This document shows, one piece after another, positions 8,953-20,296 of a stretch of 32,000 bases of DNA. Both the position numbers and the translations under genes were made by a program. Origin of the DNA: Desulfuromonas soudanensis (GTDB taxonomy: Bacteria > Desulfobacterota > Desulfuromonadia > Desulfuromonadales > WTL); NCBI RefSeq assembly GCF_001278055.1, contig NZ_CP010802.1:3912189-3944188 (forward strand), read 5' to 3'. Under the pieces are notes generated by a model. That model saw only the letters and a list, made by a program, of their open reading frames with translations. It was not told where the DNA came from and did no database searches. Position 1 is the stretch's first letter; every line of letters begins with the position of its first letter.

Positions 8953-9959
8953 TCAATTCCCGGACGGCTGGCCACCGGAAGCGAAATGATTAAATCCCGC
9001 CGGAGCCGGGTGAAGGAGACGGCCGTCGCCGGTCCTGACGGAGAGTCCCTCGGCATTTGCTGTCACCGTTCCGATGCGCGTCAGGGGGAGGTCGAGGCGG
9101 CGGGCCAGGGCGCAAAGAGCCTCCTTTTGCCCGGCCGGGGCGGTAAAGAGGAGTTCGTAATCCTCGCCGCCGCTCCAGGCCAGCTCGATCCGGGAGGGAT
9201 CGGCAGACAGACCCTCTCGAAAGAGCGCGGAGAGGGGGAGCGCTTCCTCCTCGAGGAGGGCACCGACGCCTGAGGCCTCGAGGAGATGGCCGAGGTCGGC
9301 AAGGACACCGTCGGAGACGTCAATCATCGCCGAAGGGAGCTTGGCCTCGGCCAGGGCCCGTCCGAGAAGGGTGCGGGCCGTCGGATCATGGTGGCGTGCG
9401 GCCAGTGCCGGAGCCGGAACCTCTCCTCTCTGGAGAAGATGCAGGGCCAGGGCACTGTCGCCGACGGTCCCGGAAAGGTAGATGCCGTCGCCGACGACGG
9501 CGCCGCTCCGGCGCACCAACTCCCCCTCGGCCACGCTCCCTTCGGCGGTGACGGAAATGAGCAACGGGCCGGGGGATCGGCAGGTGTCCCCCCCCGCCAG
9601 GACCGCGCCATAGGCGGCGGCAGACTCGAGAAAACCGTCGATGAAGGCGTCGAGATCCTCAAGACCAAGATCGGCGGGGACTCCCAGTCCGAGGTAAAGA
9701 TAGCGGGGAACACCGCCCATTGCTGCGATATCACTGACATTTACCGCAACGCTCTTGCGTCCGAGCGTTTTGAGGTCCGTAAAGGCGCGGCGGAAATGGA
9801 CGTCCTCGATCAGCAGATCGGTGGTGGTCAGGAGGAGCTCCCCGGCCGGCAGGGACAGAGCGGCGCAATCGTCGCCGATGGCGACCCGGACGGCCGGAAC
9901 GCTTGCGGCCCGACGGCGGATCCGCTCGATAAAACCGAACTCGCCGAGGGCGGCGAGAT

Positions 9960-9963
<4 letters not shown>
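8953..9963 (-). CDS. thiL: Thiamine-monophosphate kinase ThiL
   Basis: The sequence GEFGFIERIRRR...IGDDCAAL...LLTTTDLLIEDVHF...VNVSDIAAMGG is a typical ThiL/AIR-synthase-related N-terminus. The GTG start at 9963 overlaps the lon stop (GTGA). Confidence 0.88.
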
Positions 9964-12308
<2,345 letters not shown>

Positions 12309-12377
12309 GATTCCTCCGGCGGGGCTGATCAGACTCTGGATGGATTAACCGGTCGCTGCGCCCCTGAAGACGCTCCG

Positions 12378-12407
12378 ATAGGGGGAGTGCCGGCGACGGC
12401 TTTAACA
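12378..12407 (-). promoter_or_regulatory. Candidate sigma-32 (heat-shock)-like promoter upstream of lon
   Basis: The minus strand reads GTTAAA-15 nt-CCCCCTAT, against the E. coli-type consensus CTTGAA-N13-17-CCCCATNT. The -35 match is partial and the -10 is C-rich and good. Confidence 0.25.
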
Positions 12408-12432
12408 TACTGGAGCTTACCGGGAATGTCCA
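12404..12432 (-). promoter_or_regulatory. Candidate sigma-70-type promoter upstream of lon
   Basis: The minus strand reads TGGACA-17 nt-TATGTT, about 95 nt upstream of the lon start. Confidence 0.3.
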
Positions 12433-12493
12433 GCCGGAAAAGGCGCTCAGAGCCTCGGTCCCTTGCCGGCAAGCGGGGTTCCCTCTCCCTTTT

Positions 12494-13273
12494 TCACCCC
12501 CCCTTGATGGGAAAAACATGGCGGATCTCTTTAAAGTGATCCGGACCCTCCCCGGGAGAAAAGGTACGCTCAATCAGAGACGCCTGGCCGTCGCCGGAGA
12601 CCATCAGGACGGTCGAAGACCGGGTACCGTAGGCCGGGGAGAGGATGAAAGGGGGCGAGAGGAGGCGCTCCCAGGGGAGGCCGAAGCCGGTGTCGGGGAG
12701 TTCGCTGTCCGGGGGGACGTTCCGGTCGGCCAGGAGGGCGAAGAGATCGGCCTCCAGGGAAGATCCCGAAAGGGCAAGGGCGGAGGCGAGGGCCCTCCGG
12801 CAGCGGACGACCTTCGGCCAGGGGGTATCCAGAAGGGCGTTGCTCAGGCCGTAGAGTCCAGGGGACAGGAGGCGGACGCCGTCGACGCGATTGGAGAGAT
12901 ACCAGAGATTCTCCGGCGTACCGGCCAGGAGATTGAAGCCGGGATAGGTCCCCGCCTCGGCGTTCAACTGCGAGAGAAAGTCCTCGGGGCTCTCTTCCCC
13001 GGCCAGAAATCCCTTCACCAGCTCCCCCCGGGAACGGCCCCCCGTCATGGTCCGGTCCGCCTCGCGGACATTGGTCACCGCCGACCAACGACCGTCCCGG
13101 GTCACCCCCAGCCAGGTCCCGCCTCTTCGCAGGTCGCGCCCGGCCAGCAGGCGCGGCGACTCCGGCCAGAAGCGCGCCGGAGCGGTCGGGCGGTCGTAGA
13201 ACTCGTCGCGATTGGCGGCGAGGATCAGCGGATAGTCGGGATGGCTGCGGTAAGCAAGGAGAATAAGACACAT
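12494..13273 (-). CDS. NRDE-family protein (DUF833 / TANGO2-like)
   Basis: The protein starts with MC (MCLILLAYRSHPDYPLILAANRDEF) and contains the eponymous NRDE motif. It is 259 aa. Confidence 0.8.
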   Translation of the reverse strand: MCLILLAYRSHPDYPLILAANRDEFYDRPTAPARFWPESPRLLAGRDLRRGGTWLGVTRDGRWSAVTNVREADRTMTGGRSRGELVKGFLAGEESPEDFLSQLNAEAGTYPGFNLLAGTPENLWYLSNRVDGVRLLSPGLYGLSNALLDTPWPKVVRCRRALASALALSGSSLEADLFALLADRNVPPDSELPDTGFGLPWERLLSPPFILSPAYGTRSSTVLMVSGDGQASLIERTFSPGEGPDHFKEIRHVFPIKGG

Positions 13274-13357
13274 GGGGGCAGAATCAACTCCACTTCTTCG
13301 GTGCGAGAATTTTCCGGCTTTTCATGGGCAGGGTCTCGGCGAGGCACAACGGCGAAT

Positions 13358-13387
13358 AAAAAAGGGGACGACCTGCCGGCCGGCCCC
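13358..13387 (-). terminator. Candidate rho-independent terminator after cpoB (end of the tol-pal operon)
   Basis: On the minus strand an imperfect 10-bp GC-rich stem (13364-13373 with 13378-13387, two mismatches, 4-nt loop) is followed by a T6 run. Confidence 0.45.
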
Positions 13388-13425
13388 CGATTTATTGCTG
13401 TCTCGGCGCTGGAATCGTTTCACGG

Positions 13426-14238
13426 CTACTTGCCGCGTCCCTCCGCCAGGCGCTCCCGGGCCTTTTTCGCCTCGTCGGAGAGGGGGAAGGTGTCGACCAC
13501 CTTCTGCAGAATCAACCGGCTATTCTTGTCGTCGCCGAGGGCCTTGAAGGCCAGACCCTGCTTGAGAAGGGCGGCAGCGACCTTGGGGTGGTCGCCATAC
13601 TGTTGAATGACCTCCTGGAACTGCAGGATCGCATCCTCGTATTTTTTTTCCCCGTAATAGGATTCGCCGACCCAGTACTGGGCATTGACCGCCAGGGGAT
13701 CCTTCGGATAGCGCTTGACAAAGTCCTGGAGAAGCTTGCGCCCTTCGGCAAAGGCCGATTTCTTCTGGATCAGATCCAGACCCTGCTCATAGAGGGCCGC
13801 AGCTGAATCGCCCTGCGGCGACAGGGTCTCCGCATTCAGGCTCTGAGACGAGGATCGTTTCTCCAGACGGTCAATGCGCGCTTCGATGGCGCCGACCTTG
13901 AGCCCGAGGTCTTCCCGCACCATGGAGAGGTCGTCGTGAAGCTCCCGCTGCTTCCGGGTCATGTCCTCGAAGCGCCCCCCAACGGACTGAAGCTCGACCC
14001 GCAGCGCATCGACTCCGGCCTGCAGGTCGGCCTGACTGCGCGCCATCTGCAGCAACCGGTCATCCGGTCCGGCACTGCGCTGAGCGCTCAGATCCCGCTC
14101 CACCGCGGCCAGTCGCCGCTTCATCTCCTCGAGATCGCGCTCCAGGCGCAGTTCGTTCTGGGTCGGGATACATCCCGAGAGAATCCCCAGCAGACCTGCG
14201 GCCAGCATGAACCTTTTCCATCCCTTTTGCACCGGCAT
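13426..14238 (-). CDS. cpoB: Tol-Pal system protein CpoB/YbgF (coiled coil plus TPR), with a lipobox-like signal peptide
   Basis: The C-terminal TPR-like region (YPKDPLAVNAQYWVGESYYGEKKYEDAILQFQEVIQQY) is typical of YbgF. An N-terminal coiled-coil region is present. The signal peptide ends in LSGC. The gene is directly downstream of pal. Confidence 0.85.
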   Translation of the reverse strand: MPVQKGWKRFMLAAGLLGILSGCIPTQNELRLERDLEEMKRRLAAVERDLSAQRSAGPDDRLLQMARSQADLQAGVDALRVELQSVGGRFEDMTRKQRELHDDLSMVREDLGLKVGAIEARIDRLEKRSSSQSLNAETLSPQGDSAAALYEQGLDLIQKKSAFAEGRKLLQDFVKRYPKDPLAVNAQYWVGESYYGEKKYEDAILQFQEVIQQYGDHPKVAAALLKQGLAFKALGDDKNSRLILQKVVDTFPLSDEAKKARERLAEGRGK

Positions 14239-14290
14239 CCTCCAAAAAAATGAGGCCGCGCCGGAGCGCGGCCTCGGTCAACCGTTTTTC

Positions 14291-14830
14291 TTAGCGAAGG
14301 GGTTTGAACTCGGCCCGCCGGTTCTTGGCCCAGGCCTCTTCCCCGTGACCGGGATCGAGAGGCATCTCTTCGCCGTAGGAGATGATCGACAGGCGGTTGG
14401 CCGCAACGCCGAGGGTTTCGAGGTAGCTTTTGGCCGCCATCGCCCGGCGCTCGCCGAGTGCCAGGTTGTACTCGTCCGAGCCGCGCTCGTCGCAATGACC
14501 TTCGATGCGCAGTTGAACCGAAGAGTTGGCCTTCAAGTAGGCGGCGTTGCCGGCCAGGGTCGCCCGAGCCTCATCGGTGAGGGTGTACTGGTCGAATTCA
14601 AAAAAGATTCTCTGCAGAGTTGCAACGACCGCATCAGCCTGGGTCGCGCTCTCGCTCACCGGTGCCTCGGTCATGGACCCGTCCTGCATGCCGGTCATTC
14701 CGGCGGGTGCCTCATCGGCCTGGGCCACAGGGGCCTCAGGAGCAGGCGCCGGTTTCTTCGCGCAACCGGTGACAAGCAGGGCACTCAGGGCGACGACAAG
14801 CAGCAAACGTAGAATGATCATGTTCTTCAT
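14291..14830 (-). CDS. pal: Peptidoglycan-associated lipoprotein Pal (OmpA-like C-terminal domain)
   Basis: The lipobox LLVTGC is present. The OmpA-like domain reads RIFFEFDQYTL...RIEGHCDERGSDEYNLALGERRA...NRRAEF. I trimmed the start to MKNMIIL (ATG 14830) with AAGGAG upstream. Confidence 0.92.
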   Translation of the reverse strand: MKNMIILRLLLVVALSALLVTGCAKKPAPAPEAPVAQADEAPAGMTGMQDGSMTEAPVSESATQADAVVATLQRIFFEFDQYTLTDEARATLAGNAAYLKANSSVQLRIEGHCDERGSDEYNLALGERRAMAAKSYLETLGVAANRLSIISYGEEMPLDPGHGEEAWAKNRRAEFKPLR

Positions 14831-14942
14831 ACTCTTCCACTCCTTTGGTATTGGCGGATGTCTCACCGCGGATTCAATGCACAGGTTTCCTGAAATAAAA
14901 CGCATTTAACTCTACTACAACCTGATGAAAAAACAAACTCAA

Positions 14943-16235
14943 TTACCAGGGTCCCGACCAGGCCGGGTGGCTGGCGCTCCCCCCGTCGGCCGAAATGAGC
15001 CGGGAACCGCTGCCGTCGGCGCGCATGACGTGGATCGCCTTCTCGCCGCTGGCGTCGGAGGAATAGACGATAAAACGGCCGTCGGGGCTCCACCGGGGAT
15101 GCTCCTTGTTCCCGGGCCCGAAGGTCAGACGCCGTTCGTCGCTGCCGTCCGGACGGAGGGAGTAGAGATCAAAACGCCCCTCCTCGAGGCGACTGAAGAC
15201 GATGCGGTCCCCCTTGGGGCTCCAGGCGGGGGTGGCGTTGTATTTCCCTTCGGCCGTCAGGCGGCGCACCGCGCCGCTGACGACGTCGACAACGAAGATG
15301 TGGGGGTTGCCGAGTCGGTCGGAAACGAAGGCCATCGCGTCCCCCCGAGGGCTCCAGCTGGCATCGACATCGATCCCCCACTGGTTGGTCAGCCGCTTGT
15401 GCAAGGTGCCGTCGGTGCCGATGAGGTAGAGCTCGCTGTTGCCGTCCTTGGAGAGGGTCAGGGCGATCTCCCGCCCGCCGGGACTGTAGCGCCCGGAAAT
15501 ATTGAGCCCCTGGCGATAGGAGAGGCGAGCCTCGGCCCCGGAGTAGATCTCCTTGCGATAGAGATCGGGATTTCCCGCCTTGTAGGAGGTGAAGATCAGC
15601 TCTTTGCCGAGGGGGGAGAAGTCGGGGTTGAGCACGATGGAGCGGTGATCGGTGATCCGCTGCGGATTGTGGCCGTCCACCTCCATCAGGTAGAGTTCCT
15701 TGTGTCCGCTGCGGCGGGAGATGTAAGCGATGCGGGTGTTGAAGGGACCTTCCTCGCCGGTGAGCCCCTTGAGAATCTGGTCGGCGAAGGAATGGGCCAT
15801 GCGCCGCAGATCGGCGCGCTTGCCGAGATAGCGCCGGCCGACGAGGAGGCGCCGGCCGGGAACGTCGTAGATGCGCATTTCCAGGGAAAGCTCCTCGCCG
15901 CGCAGGGAATAGGCCCCCTTGACCACAGCCTGGGCGCCGAGAAGGCGCCACTGCTCGAAGTCGACCTCGGTGCTGGAAAGGCCGAGGCGCCCGGCGTCGT
16001 CGAGAAATGCGGCGGGATCGACCAGAGTGAAGAGGCCGCTGAGGTCGAGGTCGCCCCTCAGCACCTCGTCGATTTCCGTTGCCACTTCGGGGCGGACGAC
16101 GCCGTCGAGAGGGAGAATCCGCGTCAGGGCCAGGGGAATGGTCTGCTGTCCCGGGGCGCGGATCTCGATGGGTGCCGCCGCAAGGGGCGCGGCGAGGATA
16201 AGGCAGAGACTGATCAACAACAGGGTACGGCGCAT
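14943..16235 (-). CDS. tolB: Tol-Pal system beta-propeller protein TolB
   Basis: I trimmed track ORF 14943..16406 to MRRTLLLISLCLILAAPLAAA (ATG 16235). Repeated propeller segments are present (PDFSPLGKELIFTSY, RYSPGGREIALTLSKDGNSELY, SWSPRGDAMAFVSDR, AWSPKGDRIVFS, RWSPDGRFIVYSSD). Confidence 0.93.
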   Translation of the reverse strand: MRRTLLLISLCLILAAPLAAAPIEIRAPGQQTIPLALTRILPLDGVVRPEVATEIDEVLRGDLDLSGLFTLVDPAAFLDDAGRLGLSSTEVDFEQWRLLGAQAVVKGAYSLRGEELSLEMRIYDVPGRRLLVGRRYLGKRADLRRMAHSFADQILKGLTGEEGPFNTRIAYISRRSGHKELYLMEVDGHNPQRITDHRSIVLNPDFSPLGKELIFTSYKAGNPDLYRKEIYSGAEARLSYRQGLNISGRYSPGGREIALTLSKDGNSELYLIGTDGTLHKRLTNQWGIDVDASWSPRGDAMAFVSDRLGNPHIFVVDVVSGAVRRLTAEGKYNATPAWSPKGDRIVFSRLEEGRFDLYSLRPDGSDERRLTFGPGNKEHPRWSPDGRFIVYSSDASGEKAIHVMRADGSGSRLISADGGSASHPAWSGPW

Positions 16236-16236
16236 A

Positions 16237-17049
16237 TTAGTCCTTAAGAAGATCCTTGAGATTGAAAACGACCTCCAGTTCAAGCCTCTCCCCCGGAGCG
16301 GTGGGAAGTTTCTTGATCTGGAGTATGGCGCTTTTGACCGAATCGTCGAATCGGGCATCCCCGGATTCGGCGTCGATTTTATAGTCCCTGAGGTTCCCTT
16401 CGGCATCGAAGGTCACCCGCACCTTCGCCTCCAGGTCGAGACGGCCGACCTGATAGCGGGAGAGGGTCCACGCCTGTTTATAGGCGGACTGAACCCAGGC
16501 GTCGTAGGAAACCCCGGACTCGCTGCCGCGGCCGTCCGGCATGCCGACGGGCGCATCGTCGGGTGCCCGGGCGCGGCGATCGTCGGCCAGGGCCGCCAGG
16601 GTCGCCTTGAGATCGGCAATCTCCTTTTTCCGGCGCATATCGTCGATCGCCGAGGACGGGGAATCGTCGGCTTTTGTGGTTCTCGCCGCCGGCGCGGTCG
16701 CCTTGGCAGGTGGGGTCGTTTTTGCGGCCGGCGGGGAGACCTTGACCGGCTCCGTCCTGGTTTTTACCGGGGGGGGCGGCGCCTTCGCCGGAAGCGGCGC
16801 CGGCTTGACCGGAGTTGCCGGCTTGATCGGAGGAGCATCGGGACGGCCGGCCCGGGGAGCCTTGACCGGAAGATTGGCGAGATCGACGTAGTAGACGGGG
16901 CGGCGCTCCTCCTCGAAACGGGGAAGGAGGGAGCCGGCGAAAAAGAAGATGATCAGGAGGTGTAATCCCAGGGACCCGAGGAGCGTCCTGCCGATGCCGG
17001 GATCGCTGCCCGACCGGATTCCCTGCCGTGTATTTACCATAGGAAGCAT
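16237..17049 (-). CDS. tolA: TolA-like protein (N-terminal TM anchor, Pro/Ala/Lys-rich linker, TonB/TolA C-terminal domain)
   Basis: It has a single TM helix (LLGSLGLHLLIIFFFAGSLL), a PxK/PA-rich spacer and a C-terminal globular domain. It sits between tolR and tolB. Confidence 0.8.
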   Translation of the reverse strand: MLPMVNTRQGIRSGSDPGIGRTLLGSLGLHLLIIFFFAGSLLPRFEEERRPVYYVDLANLPVKAPRAGRPDAPPIKPATPVKPAPLPAKAPPPPVKTRTEPVKVSPPAAKTTPPAKATAPAARTTKADDSPSSAIDDMRRKKEIADLKATLAALADDRRARAPDDAPVGMPDGRGSESGVSYDAWVQSAYKQAWTLSRYQVGRLDLEAKVRVTFDAEGNLRDYKIDAESGDARFDDSVKSAILQIKKLPTAPGERLELEVVFNLKDLLKD

Positions 17050-17076
17050 CGTTTCGTAGCGGATCTACTTTCCGTC

Positions 17077-17499
<423 letters not shown>

Positions 17500-18168
17500 C
17501 TATCCCCTCCGCACCATGCGCTGGACGATGTTGAGAAATTCCTGGCTGAAGTTATCCATCTCCCCCGTCAGAACATTGACCTTGTTGAGGAAGTGGTTGT
17601 AGGCCACCACCGCCGGAATCGCCGCCACCAGGCCGATGGCCGTGGCCACCAGCGCCTCGGAGATCCCCGGAGCGACCACCGCCAGAGAGGCGCTGCCGGT
17701 CTTGCCGATGCCGTGAAAGGAGTCCATGATCCCCCAGACGGTCCCGAAGAGGCCGATGAAGGGGGCGGTCGATCCGGTGGTGGCGAGAAAGGTCAGATAT
17801 TTTTCCAGGCGGTGGGTTTCCTGGGTCATGGCCCGCCGCAGAGCGCGGCTCACATTCTCGGCGCTCGCCCCCTCGGCATGGAAGGCGGATTCTTCCCCTT
17901 CGCGGGGGCGCTGTCCCTTGACCATTTCCTGATATCCCTCGCGGAAGAGGACGGCGAGGGGGGAATGGGCATAGTCCTTGAGTCCCTGGCCGATGACATC
18001 GAAGCGCTTTTTGCTCCAGAAGAACTCGAGAAAGCGCTCCGAGTCGCTGGCGGCGCGGTGGATGACCCGCAGCTTGTGAAATATGATGGCCCAGGAGACC
18101 ACGGAGAAATAGACGAGAATCAGCAGGACCAGTTTGACGACCAGGCCGGCATTGAGAATGAGGTCCAA
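17500..18168 (-). CDS. tolQ: TolQ (MotA/TolQ/ExbB proton-channel family)
   Basis: The conserved C-terminal region is present (LATTGSTAPFIGLFGTVWGIMDSF...VAPGISEALVATAIGLVAAIPAVVAYN). The start codon is TTG at 18168, with GGGAGGA upstream. Confidence 0.9.
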   Translation of the reverse strand: MDLILNAGLVVKLVLLILVYFSVVSWAIIFHKLRVIHRAASDSERFLEFFWSKKRFDVIGQGLKDYAHSPLAVLFREGYQEMVKGQRPREGEESAFHAEGASAENVSRALRRAMTQETHRLEKYLTFLATTGSTAPFIGLFGTVWGIMDSFHGIGKTGSASLAVVAPGISEALVATAIGLVAAIPAVVAYNHFLNKVNVLTGEMDNFSQEFLNIVQRMVRRG

Positions 18169-18207
18169 GGTGTTCCTCCCTGTTGGTGTTATCTATTTGC
18201 GGCGTCG

Positions 18208-18236
18208 ATTATCGGCCAGGAACCAGGACAAGTCAA
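18208..18236 (-). promoter_or_regulatory. Candidate sigma-70 promoter of the tolQRAB-pal-cpoB operon
   Basis: The minus strand reads TTGACT-17 nt-GATAAT, about 40 nt upstream of the tolQ start. Confidence 0.5.
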
Positions 18237-18278
18237 CCGCCTTCGCCCCAGGGGTCTCCGGCGAGCGGGGGGGGGCGG

Positions 18279-18307
18279 TTGTCAAGGAGGCCCGGGAGGG
18301 CTATCCT
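18279..18307 (+). promoter_or_regulatory. Candidate sigma-70 promoter of ilvA
   Basis: The plus strand reads TTGTCA-17 nt-TATCCT, about 35 nt upstream of the ilvA ATG. Confidence 0.3.
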
Positions 18308-18342
18308 TTTTTCAGGCGACAGATTCGCCGGAAGGAGCCGTC

Positions 18343-19551
18343 ATGCTCGACCTGGACCAGATCCGCGCTGCAGCCGACACCCTCAGGGGGCGCATTCACC
18401 GCACCCCGCTGATCCACTCCCATTACTTTACCGCGCGGACCGGCATCCCCGTCCACTTCAAGTGCGAAAACCTGCAACGCACCGGCTCCTTCAAAATCCG
18501 CGGCGCCTGCAACTTTCTCTCCCGGCAGACGGTAAAGGAGCTGCGCTCCGGAGTCGTCGCCGCCTCCGCCGGCAACCATGCCCAGGGGGTGGCCCATGCC
18601 GCCGCCCTCCTGGGGATCCCCGCCCTGATGGTGATGCCCGAGAGCACCCCCCTGGCCAAGCTCCTGGCCACGCAGGACTACGGCGCCGAGGTCGTTCTTC
18701 ATGGCGCAAACTTTGACGACGCCCTCTCCCGGGCCAGGGAACTGGCGTCGGAGCGGGGGATGCTCCTCGTTCCGGCCTTCGACGATCCGGCGGTGATGGC
18801 CGGCCAGGGGACGGTGGGACTGGAGATCCTTGAAGACCTCCCCGAGGCCGAGACCCTCATCGTCCCCATCGGCGGCGGCGGACTGATCGCCGGCATCGCC
18901 GTGGCGGCCCGGGCGCTCAAACCAAATATCCGCATCGTCGGCGTCGAGGCCGCAGGCTCGCCGGCGGCCCTCCTCGCCCGCCGGCAGGGGGCGCCGGTCA
19001 CCCTGGCCGCCGCAGCCTCCCTGGCCGACGGCATCGTCATCAAGCGGGTGGGCGAACAGACCTTTCCGATCATCGAAGCGCTGGTGGACGAGATCGTGAC
19101 CGTCGAGGAGGATGCCATCGCCCAGGCGATCGTCAGCCTGATGGAAAAGGCCAAGCTCGTGACGGAGGGCGCCGGAGCCGTCTCCCTGGCGGCCCTCCTC
19201 TTCGGCAACCGGGCACTGCGGACCGGGCGGACCGTCTGCCTCCTTTCGGGGGGAAACATCGATGTCCAGACCCTGGCCCGGGTGGTGGAAAGAGCCATGA
19301 TCGGGGAAGGGCGTTTTTTGAAGGTCTGCATCGAACTGGAGGACTCGCCGGGAGCCCTGGCCCGCCTCGCCGAACTTGTCGCCCGGATAGGAGCCAACAT
19401 CTTTCACATCAGCCACGACCGGCGCAGCGCCGCGCTCCCCCTCGGCCGGGTCGAGGTTCATCTCGAACTGGAAACCCGGGGGCCGGAGCATATCCGGGAC
19501 ATCCTCGAAAATCTCCACGAGCAGGGATACGGCGCACGCCTGGTGCGCTGA
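18343..19551 (+). CDS. ilvA: Threonine ammonia-lyase (threonine dehydratase), short form with one C-terminal ACT-like domain
   Basis: I trimmed track ORF 17593..19551 to MLDLDQIRAAADTLRG (ATG 18343, GAAGGAG upstream). The PLP-lysine motif TGSFKIRGA, SAGNHAQG and the GGGGL loop are present. The C-terminal regulatory domain reads FLKVCIELEDSPGALARL. Confidence 0.9.
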   Translation: MLDLDQIRAAADTLRGRIHRTPLIHSHYFTARTGIPVHFKCENLQRTGSFKIRGACNFLSRQTVKELRSGVVAASAGNHAQGVAHAAALLGIPALMVMPESTPLAKLLATQDYGAEVVLHGANFDDALSRARELASERGMLLVPAFDDPAVMAGQGTVGLEILEDLPEAETLIVPIGGGGLIAGIAVAARALKPNIRIVGVEAAGSPAALLARRQGAPVTLAAAASLADGIVIKRVGEQTFPIIEALVDEIVTVEEDAIAQAIVSLMEKAKLVTEGAGAVSLAALLFGNRALRTGRTVCLLSGGNIDVQTLARVVERAMIGEGRFLKVCIELEDSPGALARLAELVARIGANIFHISHDRRSAALPLGRVEVHLELETRGPEHIRDILENLHEQGYGARLVR

Positions 19552-19573
19552 GCCGTCTTGTGCAGGAACCCCC

Positions 19574-20296
19574 ATGAGCGACCGCAGGCGAGCCAACCTG
19601 ACCCTGATCGGCACCGTTCACCGCGACCCCCGGGGGTATGAGCGGCTGTCGGCCCTCCTCGAAAGGCTGCGTCCCCGACGCCTCACCCTGGAGATGAGCC
19701 CGGCCGCCCTCCTCTATCGTCAGAAGAGAGCGGGTCTCCTGTCGATACGCCTCGAAACGATTCTCAATGATCTCGCCGACGAACTGGGCCGCAGCCGAAA
19801 GGAGCTCGATGAGCATCCGACGGTGACTTCAATCCGCACCCTTCTCGCCCTCCCCTTCGAATACCGTGCCGCCGTCGATTTCGCAGAGCGCAGAGGCGCC
19901 TCCCTCGCCCTCATCGACGATTCGGCCATCTCGACCGCCAAACTGAAGAAGGTGGAGAGCGAGTTGATCACCCCTTGCAACCTGAGGATTCTCGTGGGGC
20001 TCCCCTCGACCGCTTCCGACCACAGAAGCGAAGGATACCAGACGGCCAAACAATTGATTTTCGGTCCCTTCGACCCCCCCTTAAACCTGGCCTATCTTCA
20101 GGGAAGACGGGGGCGGGAAGGAATCGGGGGGCGCGACCGGGGCATGGCAGAGGAAATCCGCAGGCAACTGGAGGGGGGCGCAAGGGGTCCTTTGGCGCAC
20201 ATCGGCGGCTGGGTGCATCTGATGGAAGACCCCCTGGGGGAGACGCTCTTCAGCCTCCTGGACGATCTGCAGCCGCGCCGCCTTCTCCTCGAATGA
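19574..20296 (+). CDS. Hypothetical protein with TraB/GumN/Tiki-superfamily-like motifs
   Basis: An N-terminal LIGTVH (GTxH-like) is followed by LEMSP, then RDRGMAEEI (RD/RN-xx-M-like) and HIGGWVHL (GxxH-like). Order and spacing match the TraB/GumN family pattern. The start is 22 nt after the ilvA stop. The assignment comes from motif memory only. Confidence 0.45.
   Translation: MSDRRRANLTLIGTVHRDPRGYERLSALLERLRPRRLTLEMSPAALLYRQKRAGLLSIRLETILNDLADELGRSRKELDEHPTVTSIRTLLALPFEYRAAVDFAERRGASLALIDDSAISTAKLKKVESELITPCNLRILVGLPSTASDHRSEGYQTAKQLIFGPFDPPLNLAYLQGRRGREGIGGRDRGMAEEIRRQLEGGARGPLAHIGGWVHLMEDPLGETLFSLLDDLQPRRLLLE

Noticed and set aside
12462-12473. The perfect 12-bp palindrome CTTGCCGGCAAG downstream of the NRDE gene, considered as a terminator.
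   Set aside because: It has no loop and no U-run, and the stem would be only 4 bp once a loop is allowed. I kept it only as a possible protein-binding site, mentioned under the lon upstream finding.
16680-16870. A repetitive-looking Pro/Ala/Lys-coding DNA segment, considered as a tandem repeat or VNTR.
   Set aside because: It is the low-complexity linker of TolA (PxK/PA-rich), which is typical for this protein. I could not define an exact repeating DNA unit.
14925-16965. Plus-strand ORFs 14925..16247 (440 aa) and 15919..16965 (348 aa) opposite tolB and tolA, and minus-strand off-frame ORF 15169..15951.
   Set aside because: They are shadows of tolB and tolA, with no RBS or start context and R/G/P-rich translations.
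18301-19614. A 437-aa minus-strand ORF opposite ilvA, with several shorter ones.
   Set aside because: ilvA on the plus strand has the PLP-lysine and glycine-loop motifs. The antisense product is low complexity.
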